From the NCBI GenBank assembly GCA_013265495.1, contig MU057560.1, forward strand, positions 2,604,909 to 2,664,908: a stretch of 60,000 nt of DNA, read 5' to 3'. The position numbers and the translations under genes are program-made. The stretch comes from Vicugna vicugna (Eukaryota). Below are positions 1 through 12,916 of this stretch, piece after piece. The notes below the pieces were generated by a model. That model was given only the letters and a program-made list of their open reading frames with translations, did no database searches and was not told the DNA's origin. Each line of letters starts with the position of its first letter. Within the stretch, counting starts at the first letter, position 1.

Positions 1-129
1 AAAGCAGTGTAACTCCTAGCTACGTCAGCTCAAACTCCACAGCAAGAGCAGAGGGAAAGTCATGCCTGTTTCCAGGCCCCAAAACCTGAAAAGCTGTTTA
101 CCCCAGGCTCTGCTGTTCTACATAAGATA

Positions 130-930
130 TTACGCTTTCAACAGCAAAGAATGAAGCATGAAAAAATGAGAGAACAAATCCACAAAATGCAGTGGGACAA
201 TGTGAGCATCTGAACCGTATGCAGATCTGACTCACGTGTTGGAACTGTCAGACAGGGGATGTAAAACAGCTATGTGTAACATGTCTGTTGTCTAAATTTC
301 AGCAGAGAGACGGAAACCCTAAGAGAATATCAAATGACACAAAGTCTGCTGACAGGAAGAATGCCCTCAGCCCGCACGTCAGTTGAAGTGACACAGCTGA
401 GGAAAGAATCAGTGAACTTGAAGACAGGTCAGTAGAAATTACCCAGCTCAGATGCACAGAGAAAAGGGGGCAAAGCAAACAAGTCAGAGTGTAAGACACC
501 GTCAAAAGGTCTAAACATGTGTAATGAAATTCCTAGAGGAAGAAGAGCAGGGTGTTGGGGCAAAGAAATATTTTAAGAAAAAAAGATTAAGAATTTTCAA
601 AAGTTAATACAAGACACCAGACCACAGATCTAAGACGCTAAGAGAATTCTGACAAGGTAATTACCAAAAATAAACCCTCCAAAAGAAAAACAACTGGAAA
701 AAGTAGCCAAATTCATCGTCACAGTGTAACATTGCCGCATACCTTTCTCCTTCAATTCTAAGTAAGCAAGTAAAGTTTAAAGTAGAAGTGTAGACAATTA
801 CTACACAAAACAATCACAGAATATGTTTTATCTTCAAGTGTTTATAGAATATTCACCACAACATGTCACTTGTTGGACTATTAAGCAAGCCTCATTGTAT
901 TCTATACGATCAACACCATACAGAATGCAT
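130..930 (+). mobile_element. Old, degraded LINE-1 fragment (ORF1 remnant plus part of the ORF2 endonuclease region)
   Basis: 'gctgaggaaagaatcagtgaacttgaagacaggtcagtagaaattacccag' (396-446) resembles L1 ORF1; 'tcttcaagtgtttatagaatattcacca...taagcaagcctca' (831-893) resembles the ORF2 EN region. No open frame. Confidence 0.7.
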
Positions 931-2199
931 ATGGTAATCGTAGTAGAAGCAACTTGGGGTTTGTTTTATAATAATCTTCACCAATTTATCCAGTGCTCTA
1001 TAATTCCCCCATGCGTCACGAATGCATATGGTCTCTGAAATGGAAAAATGCCATTAGCTTAGAGTTTCCGAGTACAGCCACTTCAAGTAGCTGGTCTCTG
1101 AGAGACGATTCTTCCAGGACACTACACACCCCCAGCCCCCATCTTCACGTCCTGTTACTTTATTTGATGCTCCTCCTTCCGAGAGCCTGACGCTCACTGC
1201 AGGAGTGAGACTGCCTCACTTCCTTTGGTGGCTTCCTTTGTGACATGCCTCCTGGATCCCAGAAAGGAGCGCCCTCTGCCTTCAGGGTGGCCCCCCAATG
1301 TCACTTTGGCTAGTTGCATCCAAGAAGGTGTGTGCCTTCCCCAGAACAGCCGCTGCACCCTGTTTTGTTAGGAGGTGTACTCAATTCTCCATTCAAGGCT
1401 TTCACCTTCTTTATCAAAATCAGTTTAACAGCGTCCCAGCAGCCTTCAGGCTCAGAGCAGCCTGAGACTGGCGGGCAGCCCCTGACGTAAACTTAACTCC
1501 TGCCAGAGGATGCAGGAGCCTGCCTCTGGCTCTCTGCTCTGCCTGCCCTCTGTGTTAACCTACTTTCTCATAATCTTATCTCTACATTCAGAGCCATTTC
1601 AGAGCCTCCTAGTCAACCGCTGCTTGGTGTTTGGAACGTAGCATTGCTTTCTCTGCAGATTTGCTCTAAAGCCTGCACCAGCCCAGAACAGGTGCAGATC
1701 CGCCAGGGCAGTCACCCTCCGCCTCACGTCTAGGATGGGGCCTCCTGGACTTCCCCAAACCCACCTCTGCTGTCCTTCCCCAAGACTGTTAACCCGGGTT
1801 GAAAGTCCACCTCCCCGCAGGGCCCCAGCTCCCACCAAGGTCCCAAGCTTCAGCACAAGAACAGGACCATTGCAGACTGCGTTTCTCATTCTGTTGTTAC
1901 CCCAGTGCAAGCAGTGCTGGTGCTAACGCTGGCTTGGGTTCTTCCATCAAAGGTCACAGATCATCCTACCCTCTACAGACACTGTCTTACTTTAAAACAT
2001 TGTATGTTATGCCATTCAGATGTATTTATGAACCACCAAGAATGATCCTCACTTTTCATTCTTATAAATAATCTTTGCTAATTCCCTGTTCTGTCTGCCC
2101 AGTGTCTCAATGGAGCAGCTCCCACAGGACACAGAGACAAGGTCCTTCCATGGTCCCGGTTCAGAGAGGTCTCCACTAGGAAGTGCAGTGCCGGACAGA

Positions 2200-2765
2200 A
2201 CAGCCGAGACAGCGTGGCCATGCGGTCGTCCACGTCGCCTGGTCTGCGGGCAGCACACCGCGGTGCATAATTAAACCCGGCTCTCGGACTGCGTGTTCTC
2301 CTCACTGACGTCTCCTCCTGCGTCCTGTCCCGCGCGGGCTCGGGGGCGGGAAGGGCCTAAGGGGGCGGGGGAGAAGCGGGCGCCGCCTCCGAGGACGCGT
2401 GGGGCGGGGAGGCCCGTTCTGCGGAGGGCTTTGCTGTTGGTGACGAACGCCTCCTCCGTCACCAGGCTGTACGTTCCAGGCGGACGGGCTCCTGGATCTA
2501 GCTTGTCACGAGCTCTTCAGACGCTAACCAGTACGACCCCCGGGAGAAGTCAGAAGTGCTTGTCAAGCGAGCCAAGTGGTACGTGCAGAGTTCTCGAGAA
2601 TTATCATTTGCTCAGGAAGAACGTTTGTCTCCATGGGAACGAACCCGCGCCTCTCCCTCCTCCTCCGCCAGCGGAAGTGACTGACGGCGCGGTGCTGGGG
2701 CCGGGCTGCACTCTGCCTGGCGGTGGGCAGGCAGTCTCCGGCTGCAGGACCCCTGCGGGGTGAGA
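2200..2765 (+). promoter_or_regulatory. CpG-island promoter A with probable non-coding first exon
   Basis: Dense CpG, several GGGGCGGG boxes (2343-2410), X-box-like GTCTCCATGGGAAC (2627-2640), ETS core CGGAAGTG (2672-2679), donor GGG|GTGAGA at 2759/2760. Confidence 0.6.
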
Positions 2766-4221
2766 CAAAGGCTCCTCCGGGTGGAAGGGGTCTCGGTGGG
2801 AGCCCAAGACATGTTCTTTGCCTCGAAACATACTCTCAACAAAAGGCATCGCAGGAACGCTGGGTGACGGATCCTGGACCTCCGGCTGGAACTGTTTCGT
2901 TCTGACAACGGACACAGCATTAGCCTTAACCTTAACCAGTGAGGGAATGTCTCCAGCTTTCTAGAAAATTAGCTACTTTGGTTTTCTTCATGGAGCCGTG
3001 TTAGTAGGAACACGAAGAAAGACCGATATCACCACGAACCAGGCCCACCTGTTACGCGTGAGGAGCGTCTCGGCGCTGGGTGGGCGGTCGAGGCGCGCCG
3101 TGCACCTTCTGCGCCTCCTCTGTTTCGCTGTGTCACTAGCGGTCCAGCAGGGCTCCCGGGTCCAGAGGGCGAGAGACCAGGGAAAAGTCAGACAGGGGAT
3201 CCGCTCGGAGGAAACAGAAGCATCGGTCACCATTTGCCACTTTCCCCAGGATTTCCGTCTCGTAGGAAATCAGCTGACAAAGTGTGTGTTGTGCGGTTTA
3301 AGGCAAGTTCCCCGGCGAAGTAAGGTCCCTACGCAGCCATGACTGGATGATGTAAGGGCCCCCGGACTAAGCTTTTCCTTCCGAGGCCTCCCTGGACGCC
3401 AGGTGAAAGGGTGGCTCTACAGACCGTCCCCATGGTACCCTTGTGGACTCCGGGTTTTATGAAATAACCCAGTAAGTTCCACGACAGCCAAGAGTTACTG
3501 AGATAAGTTCTAATTCTGTTTGTGGTTGATTGCTTTTTGAAAAAAACAAATGTATTCTTTATACTGGAAGCGACGTTAACGTCCATACAGTCCATACCCA
3601 TCTTTTTTACAGCTGTAGAACCTGGTGACAGAGCTCAGTGTGCTGGCTCTGATGTGCGGCAGCCAGAGGCAGAGGGTGGCCACGCGAGGGACACCCGGCT
3701 TGTCCGCACTGCTGGATCCAGCCCACGTGCGCTACAGGGCCAAGGAGGCCTGTGACACAGAGACCTTGTGCCTGTGAATCTATTTGGAAGCTTGGCACCC
3801 AGAAAGAGTGAGCCATGAGCACAGTGTTACAAATGATAAAGGCGTCGCAAAGTCGCTGTCCGAAAGCTCGCTTCCCCTGAAATAAGGCCACCGCGGCCCA
3901 GTGACATGGCGAGGGGCTCATGCAGCGCACTGTTCTGAAAACTGGGTTCTCCAGACAGCCCGACTTGTGTTATTTTAATTCTAAAATATATTTTCGAATT
4001 TCTTCCATTCAGCACAAATGCTCTGAGTTCCTGCTGTGTGCCCATCACTCCTGGGCTGCGGAGCCGCAAACAAGAGTAAAATCCCGGCTTCATGATGGCA
4101 CATCCCGGCCTGGAGGGCAGAAAGTCACCCGGTTACGTAACACGTCAGACATGGAAAAGTGCCGTGAGAAAAAATAAAACAAGCAGAAGGGCGTGGGGCT
4201 GACAAAGGAGAGCGTCTGGTG

Positions 4222-4929
4222 TGTAACCAGGGAAGGAAGGAGAAACCCCGCCATGCAGGGCTTTGCAGACCAATTACGAAAAGTCTGCCTTCTAGTCTTG
4301 ACCAAATGAGGGTCACGTCATGATTTTGGACGGAGGCGTGACATGATCTGTTACTGGTTCCTAAGAGGACCTCCCTTTTCTTGTGGTGAGGCGGTAAGAC
4401 CCATAAAAAGACCGGCAGGGCCACTACTCTCCTGCTAACACCGTCTGGTTCCCTGGCCCAGAGGCTTTATCTCACTTTCTGCCTCTAAAGCGGTTAACTT
4501 ACACCTAGAATTCTATTGGTTCCCTGAGCTCACTTCTGATTGGTTATTTCCTTCACTCCTGATTGGTTATTACTCTCACTTCTGATTGGTCCACTGTCCT
4601 AACTTCTGATTGGTCCATTTGTAGTATCATTTGCATGGAGCTCACTTCTGATTGGCCCATTTCTACAAAGCTTGTTCCTGGTTGGTCAACTTCTGTTGTA
4701 CTTTATTTGCATATGATGTTGCAAAGTGTAAAACTGGCAGCCTACAAGAGGCCTGTGTAACGTCATAGCCGGGATGCAGACCTTGGAATGTTAATCGTTT
4801 TGAGCCGGATGGCATAATAAACTTGAGTTCTGCAGCTCTCCCAGTACTGGCTGGTCTCTCTGCCGGGTCCAGGGTGCTGTCACAACTGAGCTGTAACGTA
4901 ACACCGAGCTGTAACATTTTTCTGCAACA
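4222..4929 (+). mobile_element. Solo ERV LTR (ERV1-like) with tandem inverted CCAAT boxes
   Basis: Starts TGTAACC and ends TGTAACA (4916) or TGCAACA (4929). U3-like array of ATTGG units, degenerate TATA-like 'cctacaagagg' (~4741), AATAAA (4816-4821), repeated 'gagctgtaac' near the end. No perfect TSD found. Confidence 0.7.
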
Positions 4930-5149
4930 GTGGTAGCCAATAGACATTGAGAAAACAAAGTAGGGAGACTTTGCGAAGCTGCAGGAGTCGTCCAGGGAGG
5001 CGGAAGGAGGCTGTTCTAGGCTGGCAGTGCTCGATGTGCGCAGAGGTGGGTGCGTTTTGAAAGTACACTTACTGATACGGGTTGCAGGAGAAATAAGGTT
5101 TTGGTCTTTGCAGGAAGAAAAGGCAGACGTGCCCTTCCTGGAGCTGGCG

Positions 5150-6300
5150 GGAGTGGGTCGTGAGAGGTGGTGAGCGAGCGCGCCGGGTGGGGGGGCTTGG
5201 CAATGCCTGCCGGGCGCCCAAGCGCAGGTATCAAGTTGGCCACTTGAAAACACGGGTGGCAAATGTCACCCATTAGTGCAAAAGGCTTTAAGAATGTCAG
5301 CTCCAGCCTTTGTAAGCAGAGTATCCCCCAGACGCGCTAACACCTCCGAGGTGACCGGGCCCCCCGTTGCCTGTGGGACGTAGGTGGCCGTCCCTCCAGG
5401 GCACGCCGCTGTGGTTACTGAAGTGCCGACCCCACGGGCCCGGTTCTGGTTCGTGCTGCGCGCGACGCAGCCTGGCGCTGCCAGCGCTCCTCCCGCCAGG
5501 AAGCCGGGATCAGCGCTTCCCGGAAGGAGAAGCGGAGACGAGCGGAGCCGCACAGCAGGCCTGGGGTCCGGAAGGGGAACGCGTCTCCACCAGATGCTGA
5601 GGAAACACTGTCCGGGGGCTGCAGCAGACGAAGGGTGTGCTGTCGCAGAGCTGGGGGCGGGGACAGCTCTGGAAAGCGGGGCGGGCTGGCGGGGCTCGGC
5701 TGTGAGGCTCCGAGTCAGGTGGGAAGTGGAAGGCGCTGTGGGCCTGAGTCGAGGGCGTCCTCGGTGACGTCCGCCAGGAACACTTCCGTGGCTTCTGTGG
5801 GTGTCGGCGTCCCAGCCGTGCGACCCAGGCCCCGAGGACTCCGCGGTGAGGGGGAGGGGCCCCCAGGGCCGGGACTCGGCGCTCAGGCGTCTCTAAGCCA
5901 GGCCGCGCGGAGGCCGGGACCTGCCCGCGGGGCTCCCTGCGCGGAGGCGGCGAGACGACCTGATGCCCCCGGCCTTTCCCCCGAGCACCGTGGCTGGTCG
6001 CCTCCCCCTCACCGCGCCGGGCAGCAGCAGTCCAAAGTCACTCTTACTTTGGCCCGTTTCTTGGATGTTAGAGTCTCCTGGCTGGGCCTTGGGGTGTTAA
6101 ACTAACAACAAAATGCTGTGTCATCCTCGTGCTGGCTCAGCAATTCGGACGGCGAGTGAACGTTCACAACACTTCTGGGGCGGGTCCGCCGCGTTCGCGT
6201 TCTTTAAGTACGAGGAGAAATTCCCCGGGAACCACCGATGCGGCGTGGCTGTTGCAGGGCTTTGTCCCCGCCCGGCCCCTCTGGGCGACCTGCTCCTCTT
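5150..6300 (+). promoter_or_regulatory. CpG-island promoter B with probable non-coding first exon
   Basis: About 1.1 kb CpG-dense; multiple GGAA(G) ETS cores, GC boxes, CRE-like TGACGTC (5765-5771), CACTTCCG (5781-5788), donor GCG|GTGAGG at 5845/5846 followed by a G-rich intron start. Confidence 0.7.
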
Positions 6301-6561
6301 CGTTTTCTCATTTCCTACTTACCAGCGCCTCTAGGTGAAAGCCAGGTGGATGACAGCGCCCCCTTCTGGGAGGCTCTCGCCCACCCAGCCTGCTCCTCCA
6401 GGTACCTGAGCGTGGGGGTCTTCCAAACCCGTTCTCACACTGTCCCCAAACACCCTTTCATCCCCTCCATTGAGGTGTCTCAGAACCGCTTCAAACCCGC
6501 GCCCCACGCTGGACCCACCGTCTTCCTCCTGCCGCGTTCCCACCTCAGGGAGCGGTGCCAC

Positions 6562-6915
6562 TGTTACCGCCCAGGGTTCTCAGACCCCTTGATTCGCAGA
6601 CATTGGCAGGAGGCTAGATGGGAAGTTCAGGCCAGGCTTTCCTGGGACTCGGGCTGCAGCCCGAGGGAGCGAGAACAAGAAACGGGTGCCAGTAGTTCCT
6701 TAAATGGGGTGAGGGTGGGGTGGGCCGGCTGGAGGGCTGGCTGGGGTGGTCTGCCCGCCCCCTTGGTGGTGCCGAGAGCAGGGGTCGTGTGCAGGACCCT
6801 GCTGCTGCTCCTGACACTTCCGAGGTGGCACGTGGGGTTTTGGTCTTTTTGTTTTGAATCTTGTTCATAATTTGCCCCAACGGTGCCAGTCCTTTGCAGT
6901 TCTTTGTATCCTGTT
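6562..6915 (-). mobile_element. Probable LTR fragment (ERV1/MER-type)
   Basis: Begins 'tgttaccgcccagggttct', resembling a reversed ERV1 LTR terminus. Family and right boundary uncertain. Confidence 0.4.
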
Positions 6916-7369
6916 GCTGGAGGAGGTACGGGTCCAGGTGCGAGACCTGCGGACAGGGTGGTGGGTCCCACCCGACTTCCCACCACCCTTTCTTTCCTGC
7001 AGAGTGCAGATGTGGTGGTCACCCGTGGCCACGGTCACCCCTCACCCCGCGAATGCTCAGGCCGCACTTTCTGCTGCTTTCACTCCTGTGCTGTGTCTCT
7101 TCTCATCCACCTCTTTCTGCTGCCACCACTGTAGGCAGAGAAACCATCTTGCACCATTGGGACCCCTGCAGCGGCTGCCTCCGAGCCTCTCCAGGCCAGT
7201 CTCTCCGCTAAAGTCAGTGAGCCAATGAGATGAACACCAGACTGAGTTACCGCCACCTGAGATCCATGAGGGCTTCTCTCTGTTCTTACAGACACGACCA
7301 CCACACTCGATCAGGCCGTAACGAACGATCGTGGTCTGACTGCCCTACACATTCTGACTCCACTGCGAA

Positions 7370-7550
7370 GAGGACTCGAGCCTCAGGCCGGAGCGCCGGG
7401 AGGCTGTCTTCATTCTGCCTGGGGAGAACTGAGCAGAAGACCCAGCCAGCCAAGCCCAGGCTCCCGACCCCCCGGAAATTGTGAGCTGATAAACGTTTGT
7501 TTTTAGCTGCTAAACTTGTGGTGACTTGTCACACGGCAGCAGACATCTTG
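7370..7550 (+). mobile_element. MaLR LTR (MLT1) 3' part
   Basis: 'ctgagcagaagacccagcc...ggaaattgtgagctgataaacgtttgtttttagctgctaaacttgtggtgacttgtcacacggcagcaga' matches the MLT1 terminus. Confidence 0.75.
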
Positions 7551-7959
7551 CACACCCATGCCGGGCTGTCTCCAGAGTACTGACTCCCGTCTTTGCCAGT
7601 CGGGGGGAGCAGTGCAGGGGAGGGACTCTGGGGAGTGGGGAGGCCCGGCCAGCTGCTTGTGCAGGTTTCACCCACTCAAGACACGTAGGCAGAGATGGTA
7701 ACTGAGCCGTCAGGGAGCATCAGGCACTGCTCTGGGCTCGAGGGATGCAGCAGTGCGTGGCCCAGACTCCAGCCCTCCCAGAACCTGCACAGTCGCCAAG
7801 GGGGACAATGATGATTGTAAACAGTCACACAGCACACAACTCCGGGCAGAAGGCCGCAGTGCCGGGTCCGGGGGTGAGGAGGGGACCAGCAGGACTGTGC
7901 ATGCTGGACGATGGGGTGCCATTTCAGGCGGGAGGTAAGGGTGGGGCCTGTGGTGGGGT

Positions 7960-8330
7960 GGTGCTTGGGGAAACACCTGAAGGAGGTGAGGGAGTTGTTA
8001 CCTGTGGTCCTCGGGAGAAAGAGCGTCCCAAGCAGAGAAACTTGTGTGTGTTTAGTGGGTCAGTAAGGACACCTGTAGGTTGGAGTGAAGTGAGAAGGCT
8101 GAGGAGAGATGCTTGTGTGTGTGTGTGTGTGGGTGTGTGTGTGGGGGGGTGTATGTGTGGTTGGTGTGTGTGTGTGTGTGTGTGTGTAGGGGAGAAGTTC
8201 ATGCAGCATTTCTGAGCTCGTTTTAAGGATGTGGGCTCTTGCTGTGTGAGTGACATAAGGGAAGATTTCACAGTTCTAAGCAGAGGACTGATGTGACCTG
8301 ACTTACATTTTATGAAGCTCAGTGTCATCT
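7960..8330 (-). mobile_element. L2 fragment interrupted by a TG microsatellite
   Basis: 'taaggatgtgggctcttg...ttctaagcagaggactgatgtgacctgacttacatttta' resembles reverse-oriented L2. Confidence 0.6.
8114..8187. repeat. Imperfect (TG)n microsatellite
   Basis: Directly visible. Confidence 0.95.
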
Positions 8331-9054
8331 CCCTCTTGAGGGCAGACTCCAGAGGGCAGAGAGGAGAAGATGGTTTGGAAGGCCACACGGTGATGCAGGG
8401 ATGAGATGGCGGTGGCTTACCTGGCTTTGGACCGAGGAAGGCGGGGCTGGCTTCTGGAACCCCAGTAGTCCTGCTGGTGTCCAAGGACAACTTGCGTCAC
8501 TATTTCCTGAGACTCCTTGGGAATCCACAGTGGAAGGTGGGTTAGTTTTACTCTTTCCTCGTTGCTGCCTGGAACTTGGTTTTTTCAGAAAATCTTGTTT
8601 ACTTGCTTGTCTCAAGTCTGCTTCCAGCTCACATGGCTTTTCCAGGCCTAGTGATGCTTCTGTAAAGGATCATCTGAACCAAGGCCTCATTGACGTGACG
8701 TTGGATGCTGTTGCCAAGTGTGCTGGAACTCAGGCGCCAACCTGTACAGTTGTGGGCAAACTGGGACAGACGGCACAACTGCTGTCTCCACTTCTGGGCC
8801 CCTGTCGTCTGTGTTTATAGCTTGTAAAAAAGTCCCTCTAGAGTTGTTTTAGTGGTATTTAAGGCAGAAGCAGAAAGAAATTGCAAAAAAAAACGCATGT
8901 ATTTGGCTTGTTTACTTAGCTAAGAGGTTTTTGTTGTTGGCTTTGTTCAGAGGATGATTACATACTACGTTTTACCAAATGAATTTTCCTCGTCTATTGA
9001 GATGTTAATACAATTTTCCAAATTTTAAGCATTTTGATTATTTCATCTAATTGA

Positions 9055-12000
9055 CTTTAAAAATTGAAATGTGGTTGGCGTACAGTATTATGTTAGTTCA
9101 GGTGTGCGACATGTAATTTGACATTTGCATTTGTTACGAAGCGTCCAAGCTGGTAAGCCTAGTGAGCATGTGTCTCCGTACAAGGTGCTGGTGCTAGGGA
9201 CCATATTCTCTGTGCTGTACAACCCATCCTCCGTGACTCAATTACTTCATTATAACTTGGGGTTGGTACCTCTTTATTTCCTTAACCTAGTTTCTTCCCC
9301 ACCCCTTCTCCTCTGGAAACCTCCGGTTTGTTTTCTGCGTCTACAAATCTGTTTTCATTTTGTTTTGCTTGTCTGTTGGCTTGTTTTTTAGATTCCATAT
9401 GTAAGAGATCATACGTGGTCTGCCTTTCTCTGTCTTGTTTCACTCAGCATAGTACTCTCTAGATCCACCCATGTGGATGTAAATGGCAAGATTGCATTTA
9501 TTTTGTCTGAGTAATATTCCACTGTGTATACATAGCTGACGGGCACTCAGGCTGCTTCTGTATCTTGGCTGTGGTAAGTAATGCTGCCATGAGCATTGGG
9601 GTGCATGTATCTTCTTGAATTAGTGGGGATTTTCCTCCAGGTAGATACCCAGAAGTGGAATTGATGGATTATGTCATAGTTACATGTTTAGCTTTTGGAG
9701 AATCTCCATACAGTTCTCCACAGTGGCTGCACCAGTGTACATTCGCACCGGCAGTGCACAGGGCTTCATTGTTGCCACATTTCCCTGCTGCCACATTTTG
9801 CTTGGTGTCTTTTTGATGACAGCCATCCTGACAGCTGTGAGCTGCCATCTCACTGGTTTTGATTTGCATTTGCTAATGCTGAGTGATGTGGAGCATCTCC
9901 TCATGCACCTGCTGGACATCGGTGTGTCTTCTTTGAACAAATGTCTATGCAGATCCTCTGCCCATTCTTTAATTAAGTTGTTCTTGATGTTGACTTGTAT
10001 GAGTTCTTCGTGCGTTTTGGATGTTAACCATTTACTGGAGATGTTGTTTGCAAATACCTTCTCCCATCCAGTAGGCTGCCTTTTCATTTTCTTCATAGTT
10101 TCCTTCACTGTGCAAAAGATGTGTAATTTGCTGTAGTCCCAGTTCATTTTTGCTTTGTTTCCCTTGCCTGAGGAGACAGATCCAAAAAACACTATTGCTA
10201 AGGCTGATGTTGAAGAGTACTGCCTGTGTTTTCTTCTAGAAGTTTTATGCTTTCAGATCTTACATTTAAGTCTTTAATCCAGTTTGAGTTTACTTTTGTG
10301 CATGGTGTGAGAAAGTAGTCTAGTTTGGTTCTTTTCCATGGAGCTGTCCAGTCTTCCTAACACCATTTATTGAAGAGCCTGTCTTTTCCTCACTGTATAT
10401 TCTTGCCTCTTTTGTCATAGGCTGATTGACCATGTAAGTGTGGGTTCATTTCTGGACTCTCCTGTTTCCCTTTGTTGACCCATGTGTCTGTTTTTGTGCC
10501 AGTACCATACTGTTTTGATTATGGTAGCTTTGCAGTATAGTCTGAAATCCAGGCACGCAACGTTTCTGGTTTTTTTGTTCTTTCTGAAGGTGGTTCTGTG
10601 TATTTTGCACTTACACACAAATTTTAGAATTATTTCTTCTAGTTCTGTGAAAAATGCCATTGGTATTTTGGTAGGGATTGTATTGAATTCATATATTGTT
10701 TCCAGTGATGTGGTAATTTTACTAATGTTAATTCTTCCAGGCCATGAACCTGGTATGGCTTTCCATTTGTTTGTGTCTTCAGTTTCTCTCATCAGTGTCT
10801 TACAGTTTTCAGAGTACAAGTCTGTTACCTCTTCGGTTAGATTTATTCCTAGGTATTTTATTTCTTTTGATGCAACTGTAATGGAATTGTTTTCTTAATT
10901 TCTCTTTGATAGTTTGTTATCAGTGTATAGAAAAGTAACAGATTTTTGTATGTTAACTTTACTAAATTTATAGTTCTAATAATTTTCGGTGGCATTTTTA
11001 GGATTTTCTGTATATAGTATGACATCTGCAAATAGTGACAATTTTACTTCTTTCTCTCCAATTTGGATTCCTCTTACTTCATTTTCTTGTCTGATTGCTG
11101 TGACTTCCAGGAGTGTTTTAAATAAAAGTGGTTAGAGTGGGCGTCTTTGTCTTATTCCTGATCTTAAAGAAAATGCTTTCAGTTTTTCACCATTGATATG
11201 ATGTTAGCTGTGGGTTTGTCACATATAACCTTTATTATGTTGAGGTATGTTACCTCTGTACCCACTTTGTTGAGAGTTTTATTTCATAAATAGATGTTGA
11301 ATTTTGTCAAAAGCTTTTTCTGTATCTGTTGAGATGATCCCATGACATTTATTCTTCAATTTGTTAATGTCATCGCCTCACATTGATTTGCAGACAATGA
11401 ACGATCCTTGAATACCTGGGACAAATACCATCCGATCATAAAGTAGGATCCTTTTAACATATTGTTAAGTTTGGTTTGTTTAGGGTTTTTGCGTTTAAGT
11501 TCACCAGTTAAGTTAGGCTGTAACTTTTTTTTTGTAGTGTCTACCTGATTTTGGTGACAGGGTAATGCTGGCCTCACAGAATGAATTCAGAAGTGTTTCT
11601 TCCTATTCAATTTCTTGGGCTAGACTGAGAAGGATAGACATTTAATCATCATTAAATTATTTGTGGAATTCCTCTGTAAAGCTGTCTGGGCTTGTACTTC
11701 TGTTTAATGAAGTTTTTAGAAAATTATCATTATTACTGACTCAATTTTATTAGTGTAATCAGTCTGTTCACATCTTCTTCCTGACCTGGGCTTAGGAGAT
11801 AGTTCATTTCTAAGAATTTGTCCATTTTTTTCTAGGTTTCCAATTCATTGATGTTTAATTTTTAGTAATCTCTTATGATTCTTTGTATTTCTTTCACTTC
11901 TAATTTTATTCATTTGGGTCCTCTCTCTCTTCTGTGTGATGAGTCTCACAAAAGGTTTTCAATTTTGTTTATTTTTTCAAAGAGTCAGCTCTTAGTTTCA

Positions 12001-12635
12001 TTGATTCTTTTCTAGTTTTTAGTCTATAATTATTTTCTCTGATTTTTATGATTTCTCTCCTTCTACTAACTTTGGATTTTGTTTGTTCTTTTTTAATTTC
12101 ATTAGATGCAAAGTTAGGTTGTTTATTTGAGATTTTAATTTCCCAAAGTTGGCTTGTATTGCTATTAACTTCCCTCTCAAAATTGTTTTTGTTGTGTCCC
12201 ACAGATTTTGGAGTTTTGTGTTTGTTTTCATTTGTCTCCAGGCATTTTCCAGTTTCCTCTTTGATTTCTTCAGTGACCTACTTGTTGTTTAGTGCCACGT
12301 TCTCTAGCGTCCACGTGTTTATGTTTTTGCTGTGTTTTTTTTTTTTCCTTACAGTTGATTTCTAGCCTCCTATCACTGGTCAGAAAAGACACAGTATCAT
12401 TTCAGTCTTCTCAGATTTACTAAGACTTGTTTTGTGGCCTTGCATGAGCTATCCTTGGGAATGTTCCATGTGCACTTGGAAAACAATGTGTAGCCTGCTT
12501 TTGAATGGAATGTTACCTATATAACTCTTTAAAGTCTGTTAGGTCTAGTGAGTCATGTAAGGCCAGTGTTTCCTTACTGATTTTCTGGGTATGTCCACTG
12601 AGGTAAGTGGGGTCTTAAAGTCTCCTACAATTATT
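9055..12635 (-). mobile_element. Older L1 (L1MA-type), 3' UTR and most of ORF2, inactivated
   Basis: Minus-strand ORF fragments with L1 ORF2 similarity (9680-10192 'KRQPTGWEKVFAN...IKEWAEDL'; 10415-10819 'NKWKAIPGSW...IIKTVWYWHKNR'), many stops and frameshifts, 3' UTR at 9055-9500. Confidence 0.92.
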
Positions 12636-12916
12636 ATTATTATTGTAAGCCTGAGTTCACACTTCGTTAAGGTTTCCTGAGTTACAGTCATGTACTAATT
12701 TATCATGACTGGTATTTTCAGAATACTCCAAATTTCTGTCTCACCTTTACATGTACTATCTTGGATTACTTCTAATGTCCTAATCCCTTTAACTGTAATT
12801 CTTACTAGTTTAAATCTCAGAGGGCAATCTAGTTTCCAGATTATTAAAGTGAGAAAGAGACAACCTCATTGTGTTTCATAAGAGTTCTAATTTTGCTTTC
12901 TTTAAAAATTTTATTT

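Noticed and set aside
4505..4690. Periodic short repeats as a CRISPR-like array
   Set aside because: Eukaryotic context, degenerate 23-24 bp units with no real spacers; they are LTR CCAAT repeats.
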